Shown: piece after piece, positions 37,966 through 47,948 of the stretch
How the letters are laid out: every line of letters begins with the position of its first letter
Numbering within the stretch: position 1 is the first letter of the stretch
The notes under the pieces: model-generated
The model's input: only the letters and a program-made list of their open reading frames with translations
Told to the model about the DNA's origin: nothing
The model's database searches: none
Origin: Chitinophagales bacterium
Lineage (GTDB): Bacteria > Bacteroidota > Bacteroidia > Chitinophagales > UBA8649
Direction: 5' to 3'
Length of the DNA: 64,000 nucleotides
Assembly (NCBI GenBank): GCA_049610685.1
Contig: JBMYZU010000010.1
Span: forward strand, 2,460 to 66,459
Program-made: the position numbers and the translations under genes

Positions 37966-40262
37966 TCTGTGGACGATTTGGGAAACGCGCAGTGAATGGT
38001 CATGCCTTCTTCGTAGACCGAGGTATACCATATTCGGCCTTGATGACGATCCATAATCCGCTTGCAGATAGAAAGCCCAATCCCTTGCCCTTGGTAACTT
38101 TTATCGCTGTGTAGTCGCTGAAATACGCCAAAGATATCTTTGTTTGAGTCCTCTGGAATACCAATACCATTATCCTTCACATGGATAATAACCTCATCAG
38201 CCGTTACCTCGCCATAGACATGAACCTCTGAATCATCCTTTTTGCCCGAGAATTTAATCGCATTACCGATAATATTTTGCAAAAGCTGACGGATCATGGT
38301 GTTATCTCCGGTCACATTAGGAAGGGTGTCAACGATGAGATTGGTTTCATTGCGCTCAATCGACATGGTCAGATCCGATTGGACAGCACGCACAACGTCA
38401 TTTAGATTAATCTCGGTCAAGACAAGCTCATTTTTACTTGTATTGGAATATTGCAATAAACTATCAATCAAATCATACATACGCTTATTGCCTTCCTTAA
38501 TCATCTTCACATAGCGCTTACCAGGATGAGAGTCCTCTAAACTCGCTTCAAGAACCTGAGATAGGCCGGCAACAGTTCGCACAGGCTCCTTTAAGTCATG
38601 AGAAATGATGTAAGCGTATTGCTCAAGCTCTTGGTTACGCTCCACAAAATCTTGTAATGTATCTCTTTGCTTGGACAAGGCTACAACCTTTTCATCCAAT
38701 GCAAGTTTCAATTGCTGGCGTTCAGTAACATTTTGAACCACTGCGAGGAAGGTATCCTCATTGATGTAGGAAATCCTGCAGAATAAATAGAATGTTTCTC
38801 CATCAATATCTCTCGACATGGTCCATTCGGTAACATTCTTTGATTCTTTGCATCGCGCAATACCGTCAAGAATTAAAGCTACATTCTCTTCAGTATGAAT
38901 CTCACGTATATTTTTACCCAAAATGTCCATGTTGGGAACATATCCATCTTCATATTTTCTTTCCCGAATATCTAAGTAGTCTCCATTCGCATTAACCATA
39001 AGAACAACATCCGGAATTGCACTTATTATTGCGCGGTTGTATGACTCGGCTTTGTTTAAATTTTCTATATACTCTTTATCGCTGGTGATAATAGTAGATA
39101 CCGTGAAGATGTTTTCTACCTCTCCATGCATATCTCGAGAGAATACTCGAAATCGAGAACGCACCCATTGAGATTGACCTTGCTTATCAATATGTCGTAA
39201 TTCAAGCTCGAGGTAAGCATCATCTTCCAAAGCCGCTAGTGAGTGTAGACCTTCCTTGATGAGATCTCTATTTTCATCATCAAAATACAAGGACATATCC
39301 CCAACATTCCATTCACCTTCGGAATACCCCATAAAGGTTCTACCGGAAAAGTTCGAGTAAATGTTCTCACGTGATTGGAGGTTCCAGACAAAAATGTAAT
39401 CGGGAATTGTATGAGAAATCTTTTCAATAAACTGCCCATGTACTTGGTTTTCAAAATGAGCATATCGTTGATTAGTTATATCACGCATCGTACAAATACA
39501 GGTTACCAAACCTTCTTTATCACGATTCATAATACTCGTTCGCTCATGAAACCAGCGATAGCTTCCGTCTTTACATTGAATTTGGTATTCCGCATCAATG
39601 AATTCGCCTTTCTTACCATATTGTAGGAAGTCCGTGTCATTTTCCCAGTCTCCTTGAATAGAATCCACTTGAATTCGATTGGATAGAAACTGCATTTCTG
39701 ACACATCATCAATATCTTCTCTATCGTATCCAAGATGATTCAGAAAAGAGCGGTTTTCATAGACTATACGCTGCTGACGCATATCAAAAACATAGAGAAA
39801 ATCCGTCATGGTAGACAGGAGGTTTCCAATCACTTCCTGCTCGACGGTAGACTTTGCAATCGAATCAATATCTTCCTTTATGGCAACCATAACCATGATT
39901 CCCTCGGCTTGACCAAACTCATCTTTGTATAAAGAAAGACTCAATGTAGAATCTATGACGACCTGTTGTTCAGATCTTATGTGCCGAGTGAAATGAAAAC
40001 GCTTCTTACTTCCTTGACGCAGCTCTCCTATGGCTTCCTTGAGTGCATACAGATCATCCCGAAGCACAAAATGCCTGAGCGGACGCCCTTCAATACCTTC
40101 TTTAGATGTGCCTATAATATCGCAGAAAGCCTCGTTTACATCGTAGATTATAAAGTCAAATCCAAGAATAAAAGCAGGGAAGTCATGAATGCTCAATGCG
40201 ACATCACGACGAGGATCTTTCAATGGCCGGAAGGCCCTTAATATGGAGCTTTTTTGCTGCAT
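37899..40262 (-). CDS. cytoplasmic multi-PAS sensor histidine kinase
   Basis: Several PAS-like segments, H-box ISHDLKEPVRT and HATPase_c (NAIKF..., DNGIGI, GQGIGLSICK). No transmembrane segment. ATG at 40262 (the ORF track uses GTG at 40280). Confidence 0.85.
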   Translation of the reverse strand: MQQKSSILRAFRPLKDPRRDVALSIHDFPAFILGFDFIIYDVNEAFCDIIGTSKEGIEGRPLRHFVLRDDLYALKEAIGELRQGSKKRFHFTRHIRSEQQVVIDSTLSLSLYKDEFGQAEGIMVMVAIKEDIDSIAKSTVEQEVIGNLLSTMTDFLYVFDMRQQRIVYENRSFLNHLGYDREDIDDVSEMQFLSNRIQVDSIQGDWENDTDFLQYGKKGEFIDAEYQIQCKDGSYRWFHERTSIMNRDKEGLVTCICTMRDITNQRYAHFENQVHGQFIEKISHTIPDYIFVWNLQSRENIYSNFSGRTFMGYSEGEWNVGDMSLYFDDENRDLIKEGLHSLAALEDDAYLELELRHIDKQGQSQWVRSRFRVFSRDMHGEVENIFTVSTIITSDKEYIENLNKAESYNRAIISAIPDVVLMVNANGDYLDIRERKYEDGYVPNMDILGKNIREIHTEENVALILDGIARCKESKNVTEWTMSRDIDGETFYLFCRISYINEDTFLAVVQNVTERQQLKLALDEKVVALSKQRDTLQDFVERNQELEQYAYIISHDLKEPVRTVAGLSQVLEASLEDSHPGKRYVKMIKEGNKRMYDLIDSLLQYSNTSKNELVLTEINLNDVVRAVQSDLTMSIERNETNLIVDTLPNVTGDNTMIRQLLQNIIGNAIKFSGKKDDSEVHVYGEVTADEVIIHVKDNGIGIPEDSNKDIFGVFQRLHSDKSYQGQGIGLSICKRIMDRHQGRIWYTSVYEEGMTIHCAFPKSSTDYSLQDPSSIEAIQEAINSNPS

Positions 40263-40356
40263 TTTATGGTATCTAAGCACCTAACGTGCTGAAAATCTTC
40301 GAACTATATATACGAAGACCTTAGGAAGATGTTACGTGGATAACTTCTTAAATTCC

Positions 40357-42135
40357 TTATGCGGAGTATATGGAGGCGATAAGATCGGCACTCTGTTCCA
40401 TGACAACCTTGCGCTTAACCTTTTTGGTAGGCGTTAAGCAACCGCTTTCCTCGGTCCACTCTTCGGCTAACAAACGAAAAGCCTTGACCTGTTCTATTTT
40501 AGAAAAATAGGTATTTAACTCTTTAATATCTGCTTGAATCAAGGCGTCGACCGCAGGATGACTAACAAGTCCTTGCGGTGAAGTATCTGAGATACCTTCC
40601 TCATTTTCCGCCCAATCTTGGAGTGCCGCGAATGCAGGAACGATCAATGCGGCAACAAATTTTTCATTTTCACCAATTACCATGATTTGTTCAATGAACC
40701 GACTCTCTTTCATCTTTTCTTCAACGACCTGTGGCGCAACGTACTTACCTCCTGACGTTTTAAAAAGATCTTTGATGCGATCGGTGATTTTCAAGAACTT
40801 TCCATCGATAATGGTTCCAACATCTCCTGTATGCAGCCACCCATCAACAATAGTCTTCGCGGTCTCTTCCGGCTTTTTGTAATACCCAAGCATGATATTT
40901 GGCCCTTTGGCTAAAATCTCCCCAGTGCCCTCAGGATGACCTTCGGTGGGTGCAATTTTAAACTCTACCCCAGGTATAGTAACCCCCACGGTACCAAACT
41001 TAAACATCCCTTCGTCGAAACGATTTACCGTTATAACAGGGCTTGATTCCGTCTGACCATAGCCTTCACGAATAGGAATTCCCGCCGCAGAAAATACACG
41101 CGCCAATCGTTCTTGGCAAGCACTCGCGCCAGTAACAATACCGAGGACATTCCCTCCTAGGGCTTCTCTCCACTTGGAGTAGATCAGCTTATCGGCAATT
41201 TTGGTTTTTAGTGTCGGCTTCTGACCTTCCTCATAACTCTGAGCTAAATCTACCGCCCAGAAGAATAAGCGCTTTTTCAAGCCCGTCAAATCCATTCCTT
41301 TGCCCATAATCTTGTCATAGACTTTTTCCAATAGACGAGGAACGGAAGAAAAGAAGTGGGGTTTCACCTCTTTCAAATTGTCCGCAATAGTCTCCATGCT
41401 TTCCGCATAATAGACACCTACCCCGACACCCACGTAGGTATAGGTTACCGTGCGCTCAAAAATGTGGCATAGAGGAAGAAAACTCAATGAGCGATACTCC
41501 TTGTAGAGTGGCAAAACATCCATAACCGCCTTAACTTGACTTACAATATTATTGTGGGACAGCATCACACCCTTGGGCAATCCTGTAGTACCTGATGTGT
41601 AAATAATCGTGGCTAAGTCATTGGGCTGGATTTTATCTGCTATGGCCTTGGCATCTTCTTGACTGCCTGAAGCTTCCCGTGCTAAAAAAGCCGTCCAATG
41701 TTCGCATCCATTGACATTTTCCTCAAAGGCAAACACTTCTTGAAGACTAGGACAGCGATCTTTAATCGCTAAAATCTTGTCGCATAATCCTTGATCGGCC
41801 ACAAAGGCCATTTTGATTTCTGCTTCGTTGAATATATGCTCATACTCACGTTCTGAAATCGTAGGATATATAGGCACATTGATTATACCTACTTGCAACA
41901 TCCCATAGTCCATAAAATTCCATTCAGGACGATTAGGGGAAATCAAGGCAACCTTGTCATCGGGCTTGAGTCCTGAGGCTAATAAAGCACGACTGACCTT
42001 ATCCCGAAAATCAACACAATCCTGCGAACTATAATTCTTCCAAACCCCTCCATACTTATAATTTAATGCATCTTCTCTAGGATGAGATACATTTTGATAA
42101 TCAAACAAATCAAACAGTCGTGTAAAGTCAGCCAT
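40357..42135 (-). CDS. long-chain fatty acid--CoA ligase (AMP-dependent synthetase)
   Basis: AMP-binding motif YTSGTTGLPKGVMLSH, and GYGQTE and GWLHTGD motifs. Confidence 0.88.
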   Translation of the reverse strand: MADFTRLFDLFDYQNVSHPREDALNYKYGGVWKNYSSQDCVDFRDKVSRALLASGLKPDDKVALISPNRPEWNFMDYGMLQVGIINVPIYPTISEREYEHIFNEAEIKMAFVADQGLCDKILAIKDRCPSLQEVFAFEENVNGCEHWTAFLAREASGSQEDAKAIADKIQPNDLATIIYTSGTTGLPKGVMLSHNNIVSQVKAVMDVLPLYKEYRSLSFLPLCHIFERTVTYTYVGVGVGVYYAESMETIADNLKEVKPHFFSSVPRLLEKVYDKIMGKGMDLTGLKKRLFFWAVDLAQSYEEGQKPTLKTKIADKLIYSKWREALGGNVLGIVTGASACQERLARVFSAAGIPIREGYGQTESSPVITVNRFDEGMFKFGTVGVTIPGVEFKIAPTEGHPEGTGEILAKGPNIMLGYYKKPEETAKTIVDGWLHTGDVGTIIDGKFLKITDRIKDLFKTSGGKYVAPQVVEEKMKESRFIEQIMVIGENEKFVAALIVPAFAALQDWAENEEGISDTSPQGLVSHPAVDALIQADIKELNTYFSKIEQVKAFRLLAEEWTEESGCLTPTKKVKRKVVMEQSADLIASIYSA

Positions 42136-42196
42136 AATTTAAACCTTTGTGATGGCTTAAAATAAGCATTGCATTGCTAATCATCAACTGAAACTC

Positions 42197-42379
42197 ATGA
42201 ATAATTATCGTAAAGAGCTCTGGCTCCTTCTTTCGGCCTTTGGAATCATGTTCGCCATTCTATCGTGGATGCAGGAAAGCACCCTATTACCTGGTGCAGA
42301 AACAATGAAGTATTGGAAAGGAGTCTTGGCCATCATCACGGGCCTTCCACTTTACTTTTTTTGCAGAAAGTCACTGTAA
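42197..42379 (+). CDS. hypothetical 60-aa two-helix membrane protein
   Basis: ORF with two hydrophobic helices, followed by a terminator hairpin. No family recognised. Confidence 0.4.
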   Translation: MNNYRKELWLLLSAFGIMFAILSWMQESTLLPGAETMKYWKGVLAIITGLPLYFFCRKSL

Positions 42380-42395
42380 GATGAAGCAAAAAAAA

Positions 42396-42420
42396 GCCAT
42401 CGCACTTGCGATGGCTTTTC
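42396..42420. terminator. bidirectional hairpin terminator between the small ORF and tRNA-Pro
   Basis: Hairpin agccatcgc-actt-gcgatggct flanked by A8 upstream and TTTT downstream. Confidence 0.7.
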
Positions 42421-42428
42421 CTATCGTG

Positions 42429-42503
42429 TCGGGGTGGCAGGATTCGAACCTGCGACCCCCTGGTCCCAAACCAGGTGCGCTAACCGGACTGCGCCACACC
42501 CCG
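42429..42503 (-). tRNA. tRNA-Pro (anticodon UGG)
   Basis: The reverse complement CGGGGTGTGGCGCAGTCCGGTTAGCGCACCTGGTTTGGGACCAGGGGGTCGCAGGTTCGAATCCTGCCACCCCGA folds as a cloverleaf. Stems are acceptor 7 bp, D 4 bp, anticodon CCTGG/CCAGG and T GCAGG/CCTGC. The anticodon loop is TTTGGGA. CCA is not encoded. Confidence 0.97.
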
Positions 42504-42638
42504 AATTGATAAATTGGGACGGCAAAGATATACATTAAATCAATTAATCCATCGCAATATTGAAAGAGGGTAAGAAAAGCACCTTTTCTTGACTTGCTTG
42601 TTTTACCTTTATTGATGTATAAGCGTTATATAGCAACT

Positions 42639-44378
42639 ATGGCTCCATTAAGCGAACAGGAAATTCAACGAAGACAAAATCTTGAATCACTCATTACCTA
42701 TGGTATAAACCCCTACCCTGCTGAAAAGTATGAGGTCTCAGCAAGTGCTCAACATATTCTGGATCACTTTCCAACCATTGAGGCAGATGATACGCCATGG
42801 AACCTATGCATTGCAGGAAGGCTTATGATCAAGCGAATCAGCGGGAAAGCAGCCTTTGCCGAGTTGCAAGATCACTCAGGAAGAATCCAGCTTTACTTTA
42901 ATCGTGATGAAATATGCCCAGGAGAGGATAAATCGAAGTACAATGATGTCTTTAAAAAGTGGCTTGACTTAGGCGATTTTATTGGCATAGAAGGCTATGT
43001 TTTTCGGACGCAGCTCGGAGAAATCACCATTCACGTCAAGGACTTTACTCTGCTCTCTAAATCCATTAAGCCCCTGCCGGTCGTAAAAAAAGATAGCGAA
43101 GGAAATGTGTATGATGCGTTAACCGATCCTGAACTGCGCTACCGCCAACGCTACGTTGATCTTGTGGTCAATCAAGGCGTAAAATCTATATTCAAACAAC
43201 GCAGTGATATCATTCGTTCTATGCGTAATTTCTTTGAAAAGGATGGATATGTTGAGGTAGATACCCCTGTACTACAGGCCATACCTGGTGGCGCCAATGC
43301 AAGACCCTTTATTACGCACCACAATACCCTGGACATCCCAATGTACCTGCGTATTGCCAACGAGTTGTATTTAAAGCGCCTTATCGTTGGGGGTTTTGAT
43401 GGGGTTTTTGAGTTTAGTAGGAACTTCCGCAATGAGGGCATGGATCGCACACACAATCCAGAGTTTACCGTACTTGAGATTTACGTCGCCTACAAGGACT
43501 ACAACTGGATGATGGATTATACTGAAGCCCTTGTCAAGCACTGCGTACAACAAACTTCGTCGTCTATGCAAATGGAGGTCTGGGGAAATACCATAGATTT
43601 TGGGAAACCCTTCCAGCGCATCAGCATACTTGATGCCATTGAACAACATACCGGCTACAATCTCGATGGCAAGAGCGAGGAGGAGATTCGAAGCATTGCA
43701 AACGAACTTGGCATAGAAACCGACAAGTCAATGGGTAAGGCCAAACTCATCGATGAGATTTTTGGTGAAAAAGCGGAAGGCCAGTTTGTTCAACCCACCT
43801 TTATTACGGATTATCCCGTTGAAATGTCACCGCTTTGCAAAAGACATCGCGATAACCCGAACCTAACCGAACGCTTTGAACTCTTTATCTGTGGGAAGGA
43901 AGTAGCCAATGCGTACAGCGAGCTCAACGACCCTATTGACCAACTGAAGCGATTTGAAGAACAAGTTGCGTTGCAAGCAAGAGGTGATGATGAGGCCATG
44001 TTTATCGACCACGATTATGTCCGTGCCCTTGAATATGGTATGCCGCCAACGGCAGGTATGGGTATTGGGGTAGATCGATTGGTTATGATGCTAACCAACC
44101 AAACATCGATTCAAGAAGTTCTGCTGTTTCCCCAGATGAGGCCTGAAAAAACTTCAGAGGCTGCACCTGCGCAAGAGGCAGTTACTCCAGACTTGAATGA
44201 TAATGAGAAGCTTCTAATCGGCGCCCTAGAAAAAGAAAGCCCACGGGATCTGGCTTCTCTCAAAGAAGAGTTGGGCTTATCCAATAAGCAATGGGATAAA
44301 ACCACAAAAAGCCTTGCAAAGAAGGGGCTCACTAAAGTGGTCAAAACGGATTCTTCCCTAACTATTGAGTTGATCTAA
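42639..44378 (+). CDS. lysS: lysine--tRNA ligase (class II) with a C-terminal extension of about 80 aa
   Basis: Start MAPLSEQEIQRRQNLE. Class II motifs (FRNEG, GMGIGVDRL). The ORF-track start at 42594 adds 15 unlikely residues. Confidence 0.95.
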   Translation: MAPLSEQEIQRRQNLESLITYGINPYPAEKYEVSASAQHILDHFPTIEADDTPWNLCIAGRLMIKRISGKAAFAELQDHSGRIQLYFNRDEICPGEDKSKYNDVFKKWLDLGDFIGIEGYVFRTQLGEITIHVKDFTLLSKSIKPLPVVKKDSEGNVYDALTDPELRYRQRYVDLVVNQGVKSIFKQRSDIIRSMRNFFEKDGYVEVDTPVLQAIPGGANARPFITHHNTLDIPMYLRIANELYLKRLIVGGFDGVFEFSRNFRNEGMDRTHNPEFTVLEIYVAYKDYNWMMDYTEALVKHCVQQTSSSMQMEVWGNTIDFGKPFQRISILDAIEQHTGYNLDGKSEEEIRSIANELGIETDKSMGKAKLIDEIFGEKAEGQFVQPTFITDYPVEMSPLCKRHRDNPNLTERFELFICGKEVANAYSELNDPIDQLKRFEEQVALQARGDDEAMFIDHDYVRALEYGMPPTAGMGIGVDRLVMMLTNQTSIQEVLLFPQMRPEKTSEAAPAQEAVTPDLNDNEKLLIGALEKESPRDLASLKEELGLSNKQWDKTTKSLAKKGLTKVVKTDSSLTIELI

Positions 44379-44383
44379 AGAAA

Positions 44384-47300
44384 CTACTCTACCGATATCA
44401 TCCTTCGATAGATGGTATTCTCTGACCGAAGGACAACAAGGTAATAACCTGTTTCTAAAGAGGATGTATGGAGGAATCCTTGACCTTCCTGACAAGAACT
44501 CTTTAGGACCACAGCACCCTTCATATCCAACACATCAACCGAATAGGATTCAAGTGAAGGGGTTGCCAATGAAATGTTATCTCCTTGACGCACTGGGTTG
44601 GGATAAACATGGAGAACATCTTGCCCTAAATCAACGAGATTCGTAGGCGGTGGTGTTGTCGTATCCCTTGCATCAAAGTTGATGTTATCGATATAAATAT
44701 TATTTCCATAACCCGTTTTTCCCCGGAAGATGAGCATGACTTCTTCATTCCCGTGATAGGCGGAAAGATCAACACTTTCTCTGCGCCATTCATCCGATAG
44801 AGGGATAAATGCCTCTGTGGTATCTGCTCTCGTAGCCAAGTCGCTACCCCCCTTCCAATACAAGGTGTCATAACTCACTCCACAATCCAAGGAGACAAGC
44901 ACACCCAACGTATCGGAGTAATTCACAGCATACCGAGCATAGGCCACATCAAATGATAAGGGCTGCAATTGAGTTGATGAAAGGTCCACAAAGGTGACTA
45001 AGTCATCCATCTCCCCTGCCTGATAATAACCAAAGCCATCGAAAAACATTGAACGGCTGCTCATTCCAAACCCACCAGCATCATCAGTTAAGGCCCAACT
45101 TATGCGATTATCAGGGTTGTCGATTCGAAACTCTCTAGGTAGAGTTGTCGATTCAAAAGTCTCTTCAACGAGCGGCTCTGGAGGCACTGAGGTGATCACA
45201 GTATACAGGGTATCTCGAGCGACAATACCACCTGCATCGGTAACCGTAAGATATATGGGATGACGACCATCCTGACTATATACGACGTCCTGCTCAATGG
45301 ACGTAGACGTCGCCGGACTCCCACCAGGAAATTCCCATAATCGACTTGCCCCAGCATGGCGTAACGCCGACAAGTCAACCACATGGGCTACACGTGAAGT
45401 GCTATCGCAGGTTAACGCAATAAAGCTGTCGGTCTCAAGACCGATTCGTGCAATGGGTTGAAAGTTTGTTTCATAAAGCGGACTTTCCCAAATCCCTTTA
45501 CCATATGATGCAATGCGAATCTTTCCATCTCGATAAAAAGGAATCGCCTTATTGACATTACACTGCACAGGTAGACCGTCGCCACAATCCTCCCAGTCAG
45601 CCATGGAGTTATTGCGATAGAAAATAGTTTTATTAGAGGCGTAGTATATCCCCCCATCCGTTCCATAGGCTAAATTGATCCAACGTGCCCTTTCGTTTTG
45701 AATGGTTGGCGTGGTTAAATTTGACCATGTATTTCCCCCATCCAAGGATTTGTACACCCGGTTATTGGAAGATTCAAAAGCGATATACAATATGTCGCTA
45801 TCTATCGGGTCAACTTGAAGAAGCATTTTTCTATGTCCAGTTGCATCACCGGGAAGTGCAGTTTGCAACCAAGTGAGTCCGCCATCTTCTGTTTTCCAGA
45901 GCTTGCTTGAACTTGGACTTGATGACTGTTGGCAGGCGTAGATCACCTCCGGATTAGACCATGACCATTCAATGTACGTTATCAAATCATCCTCATTGCT
46001 TCCAAAAGTTTGCAAACGTTGAAAGGATTGACCAAAGTCTTCTGTTAGCCATAGACTATTATCGAGACCCGTAATGGCATGAGAATAGAAGTTCGGGTGA
46101 AAGGCTAGTTCAGAAGACTCTACTGTCCAATAACTCTCATTAGGATTAATGCCGAAGGTAAACGACCCCACTGGGTCGCCTATAGTAGCAGGAATAAAAC
46201 GACCTAAACCCGGTGTACTGTAAACCCTGCGATTTTCGCCTGGATTTATATATCCAGAAGCGGGTTCACCACCCACAAGCACTAAGTGATTACCCTGGCC
46301 CCAACGATCAAAACTGGCGTGCACACCACAGTGATACAATCCACCAACTGTGACATCTTCATTCCAACCCTGGCCAAAGCCCCAATAATCGCTGCTGTGC
46401 ATTCCATTGGTACGTACCTCAAAATGGGATGTCGTAGAATAGAAATCATCGGACCAATACACGCACCCATCCGTAGTTACCCAGGCATCATTTCCATTCA
46501 CTCGAAAGTCCTGCATATCTACTTTTATATCACCAAGTGATCCGGCTCCATATCCACCAAGAAACTCAAAGGTCAATCCAGCATCATAGGATTTGTAGAG
46601 ACTTGTGCCTCCAATGAGTACTTCGTCAGGATTGCTTTGTGAGGCTAAAACTGCACAGTTATAAAACCCTTGATGGTGTCCATTATTGGACGATCCATTG
46701 GCTAAATTCGGATGCGTATCCGAGTAAGGACCTCCCGCAGGTCCATTCGGCAAGGTCCACGTTAGCCCTCCATCATCGGAACGATATAATCCTATATGTC
46801 CTTCATCTCCTGCCTTAGATTCTCCAATGAGGTAAGCATAAATACGGTCAGGATTTGCACTTGTAAGTGCCAGCCTTGCTCCGCGATCATTAACATCAGG
46901 ATCGGTCGAAGCATGCCAACCATTGTTTAACAAAGAATACGTTAGTCCCCCATCTAATGAACGATAAAACTCGGCAATATTCAGCCCCGGATTATGCTTG
47001 GTTAGGTAAACAATATCATCGTTGACGGTATGGAGTTTGACATCATAGGTTCTTTCGTTAAAGACATTGGTCCATTGTATTCCCCCATCTGTACTTCGAT
47101 AAAACCCATTTTGGCAGGCTAAAAAGACAATTGACGGATCGGACGGTTTAAATTGAATTTCATGACATTCGCCTGTATTTAATCCTTGAGTATACCAATT
47201 AACCCCACCATCAAGGCTGTAGAATATGGAGTTTCCTGAGCCAATAAGTACGGTGTCAGGACGGCTGGGATGAATGGCTATTGCGGTCACCGCGCCATTC

Positions 47301-47854
47301 AAAGGATCCAATAAACTTCGATTTACCCAAGTTAAGCCACGATCAGTCGACTTGTAGACTTCGCCTGGCTCCGTGCCAGCATACAGGATATCAGGATGTG
47401 AAGTCGATTGAGCAAATCCCCTGACATTGTTTTGACGAGGCGAGCGAGTAGAATCCGCAATAAAGGTCTCAATAGGACCTAGTAAACTCCAATTTCCCGA
47501 ACGACTACCCTGCTCAATCAATTCATTTCGTTGGGCTAATCGTGCATTGAGGCTTGGATATACTATCGAACCATCTACTTGGACAAAATCTTGAATTCGC
47601 TTTCTCCAATGCTTATAAAACTGCGTATGCGTAGTCTTTTCAAAATCATTGGAGCGATAGTATGCCTTGTATGCTGCATCAACTTCCCACACATTAGGAT
47701 CTTCAGCATACATCATTTGAGCCCAAAGAGGAAGTCGACCAACCTCCGCATCGGATGGCATAGAGAAGAAGGTCTGACCATGAAGAGAAACAGTTAGGAA
47801 ACTCAGCACAAACGCGCCCAAAAAATTTATACGTATCGCTTTACTCAAGAACAT
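44384..47854 (-). CDS. large T9SS-secreted protein: Asp-box (BNR) beta-propeller region + PKD-like + jelly-roll-like domain + type A sorting domain
   Basis: Signal peptide from the internal ATG (MFLSKAIRINFLGAFVLSFLTVSLHGQ). Nine SxDxGxTW-type boxes, for example STDRGLTW, SLDGGVNW, STDGGIQW, SDDGGLTW, TEDGGLTW and SLDGGNTW. C-terminal VYPNPVRQGDNISL...GYYLVVL. Confidence 0.8.
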   Translation of the reverse strand: MFLSKAIRINFLGAFVLSFLTVSLHGQTFFSMPSDAEVGRLPLWAQMMYAEDPNVWEVDAAYKAYYRSNDFEKTTHTQFYKHWRKRIQDFVQVDGSIVYPSLNARLAQRNELIEQGSRSGNWSLLGPIETFIADSTRSPRQNNVRGFAQSTSHPDILYAGTEPGEVYKSTDRGLTWVNRSLLDPLNGAVTAIAIHPSRPDTVLIGSGNSIFYSLDGGVNWYTQGLNTGECHEIQFKPSDPSIVFLACQNGFYRSTDGGIQWTNVFNERTYDVKLHTVNDDIVYLTKHNPGLNIAEFYRSLDGGLTYSLLNNGWHASTDPDVNDRGARLALTSANPDRIYAYLIGESKAGDEGHIGLYRSDDGGLTWTLPNGPAGGPYSDTHPNLANGSSNNGHHQGFYNCAVLASQSNPDEVLIGGTSLYKSYDAGLTFEFLGGYGAGSLGDIKVDMQDFRVNGNDAWVTTDGCVYWSDDFYSTTSHFEVRTNGMHSSDYWGFGQGWNEDVTVGGLYHCGVHASFDRWGQGNHLVLVGGEPASGYINPGENRRVYSTPGLGRFIPATIGDPVGSFTFGINPNESYWTVESSELAFHPNFYSHAITGLDNSLWLTEDFGQSFQRLQTFGSNEDDLITYIEWSWSNPEVIYACQQSSSPSSSKLWKTEDGGLTWLQTALPGDATGHRKMLLQVDPIDSDILYIAFESSNNRVYKSLDGGNTWSNLTTPTIQNERARWINLAYGTDGGIYYASNKTIFYRNNSMADWEDCGDGLPVQCNVNKAIPFYRDGKIRIASYGKGIWESPLYETNFQPIARIGLETDSFIALTCDSTSRVAHVVDLSALRHAGASRLWEFPGGSPATSTSIEQDVVYSQDGRHPIYLTVTDAGGIVARDTLYTVITSVPPEPLVEETFESTTLPREFRIDNPDNRISWALTDDAGGFGMSSRSMFFDGFGYYQAGEMDDLVTFVDLSSTQLQPLSFDVAYARYAVNYSDTLGVLVSLDCGVSYDTLYWKGGSDLATRADTTEAFIPLSDEWRRESVDLSAYHGNEEVMLIFRGKTGYGNNIYIDNINFDARDTTTPPPTNLVDLGQDVLHVYPNPVRQGDNISLATPSLESYSVDVLDMKGAVVLKSSCQEGQGFLHTSSLETGYYLVVLRSENTIYRRMISVE

Positions 47855-47948
47855 AGTTCTAATGTAAAAGAAAATGAAAATATCTATCGGATAACTCATA
47901 TAATCTAACCCAGTTAATTACATTGCAAGAACTTCAAAATCTATACAT

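Noticed and set aside
42429-42503. tRNA-Pro as a possible integration hotspot for a genomic island.
   Set aside because: No integrase, direct repeat of the tRNA 3' end, or foreign-looking genes flank it. Its neighbours are a fatty-acid-CoA ligase and lysS.
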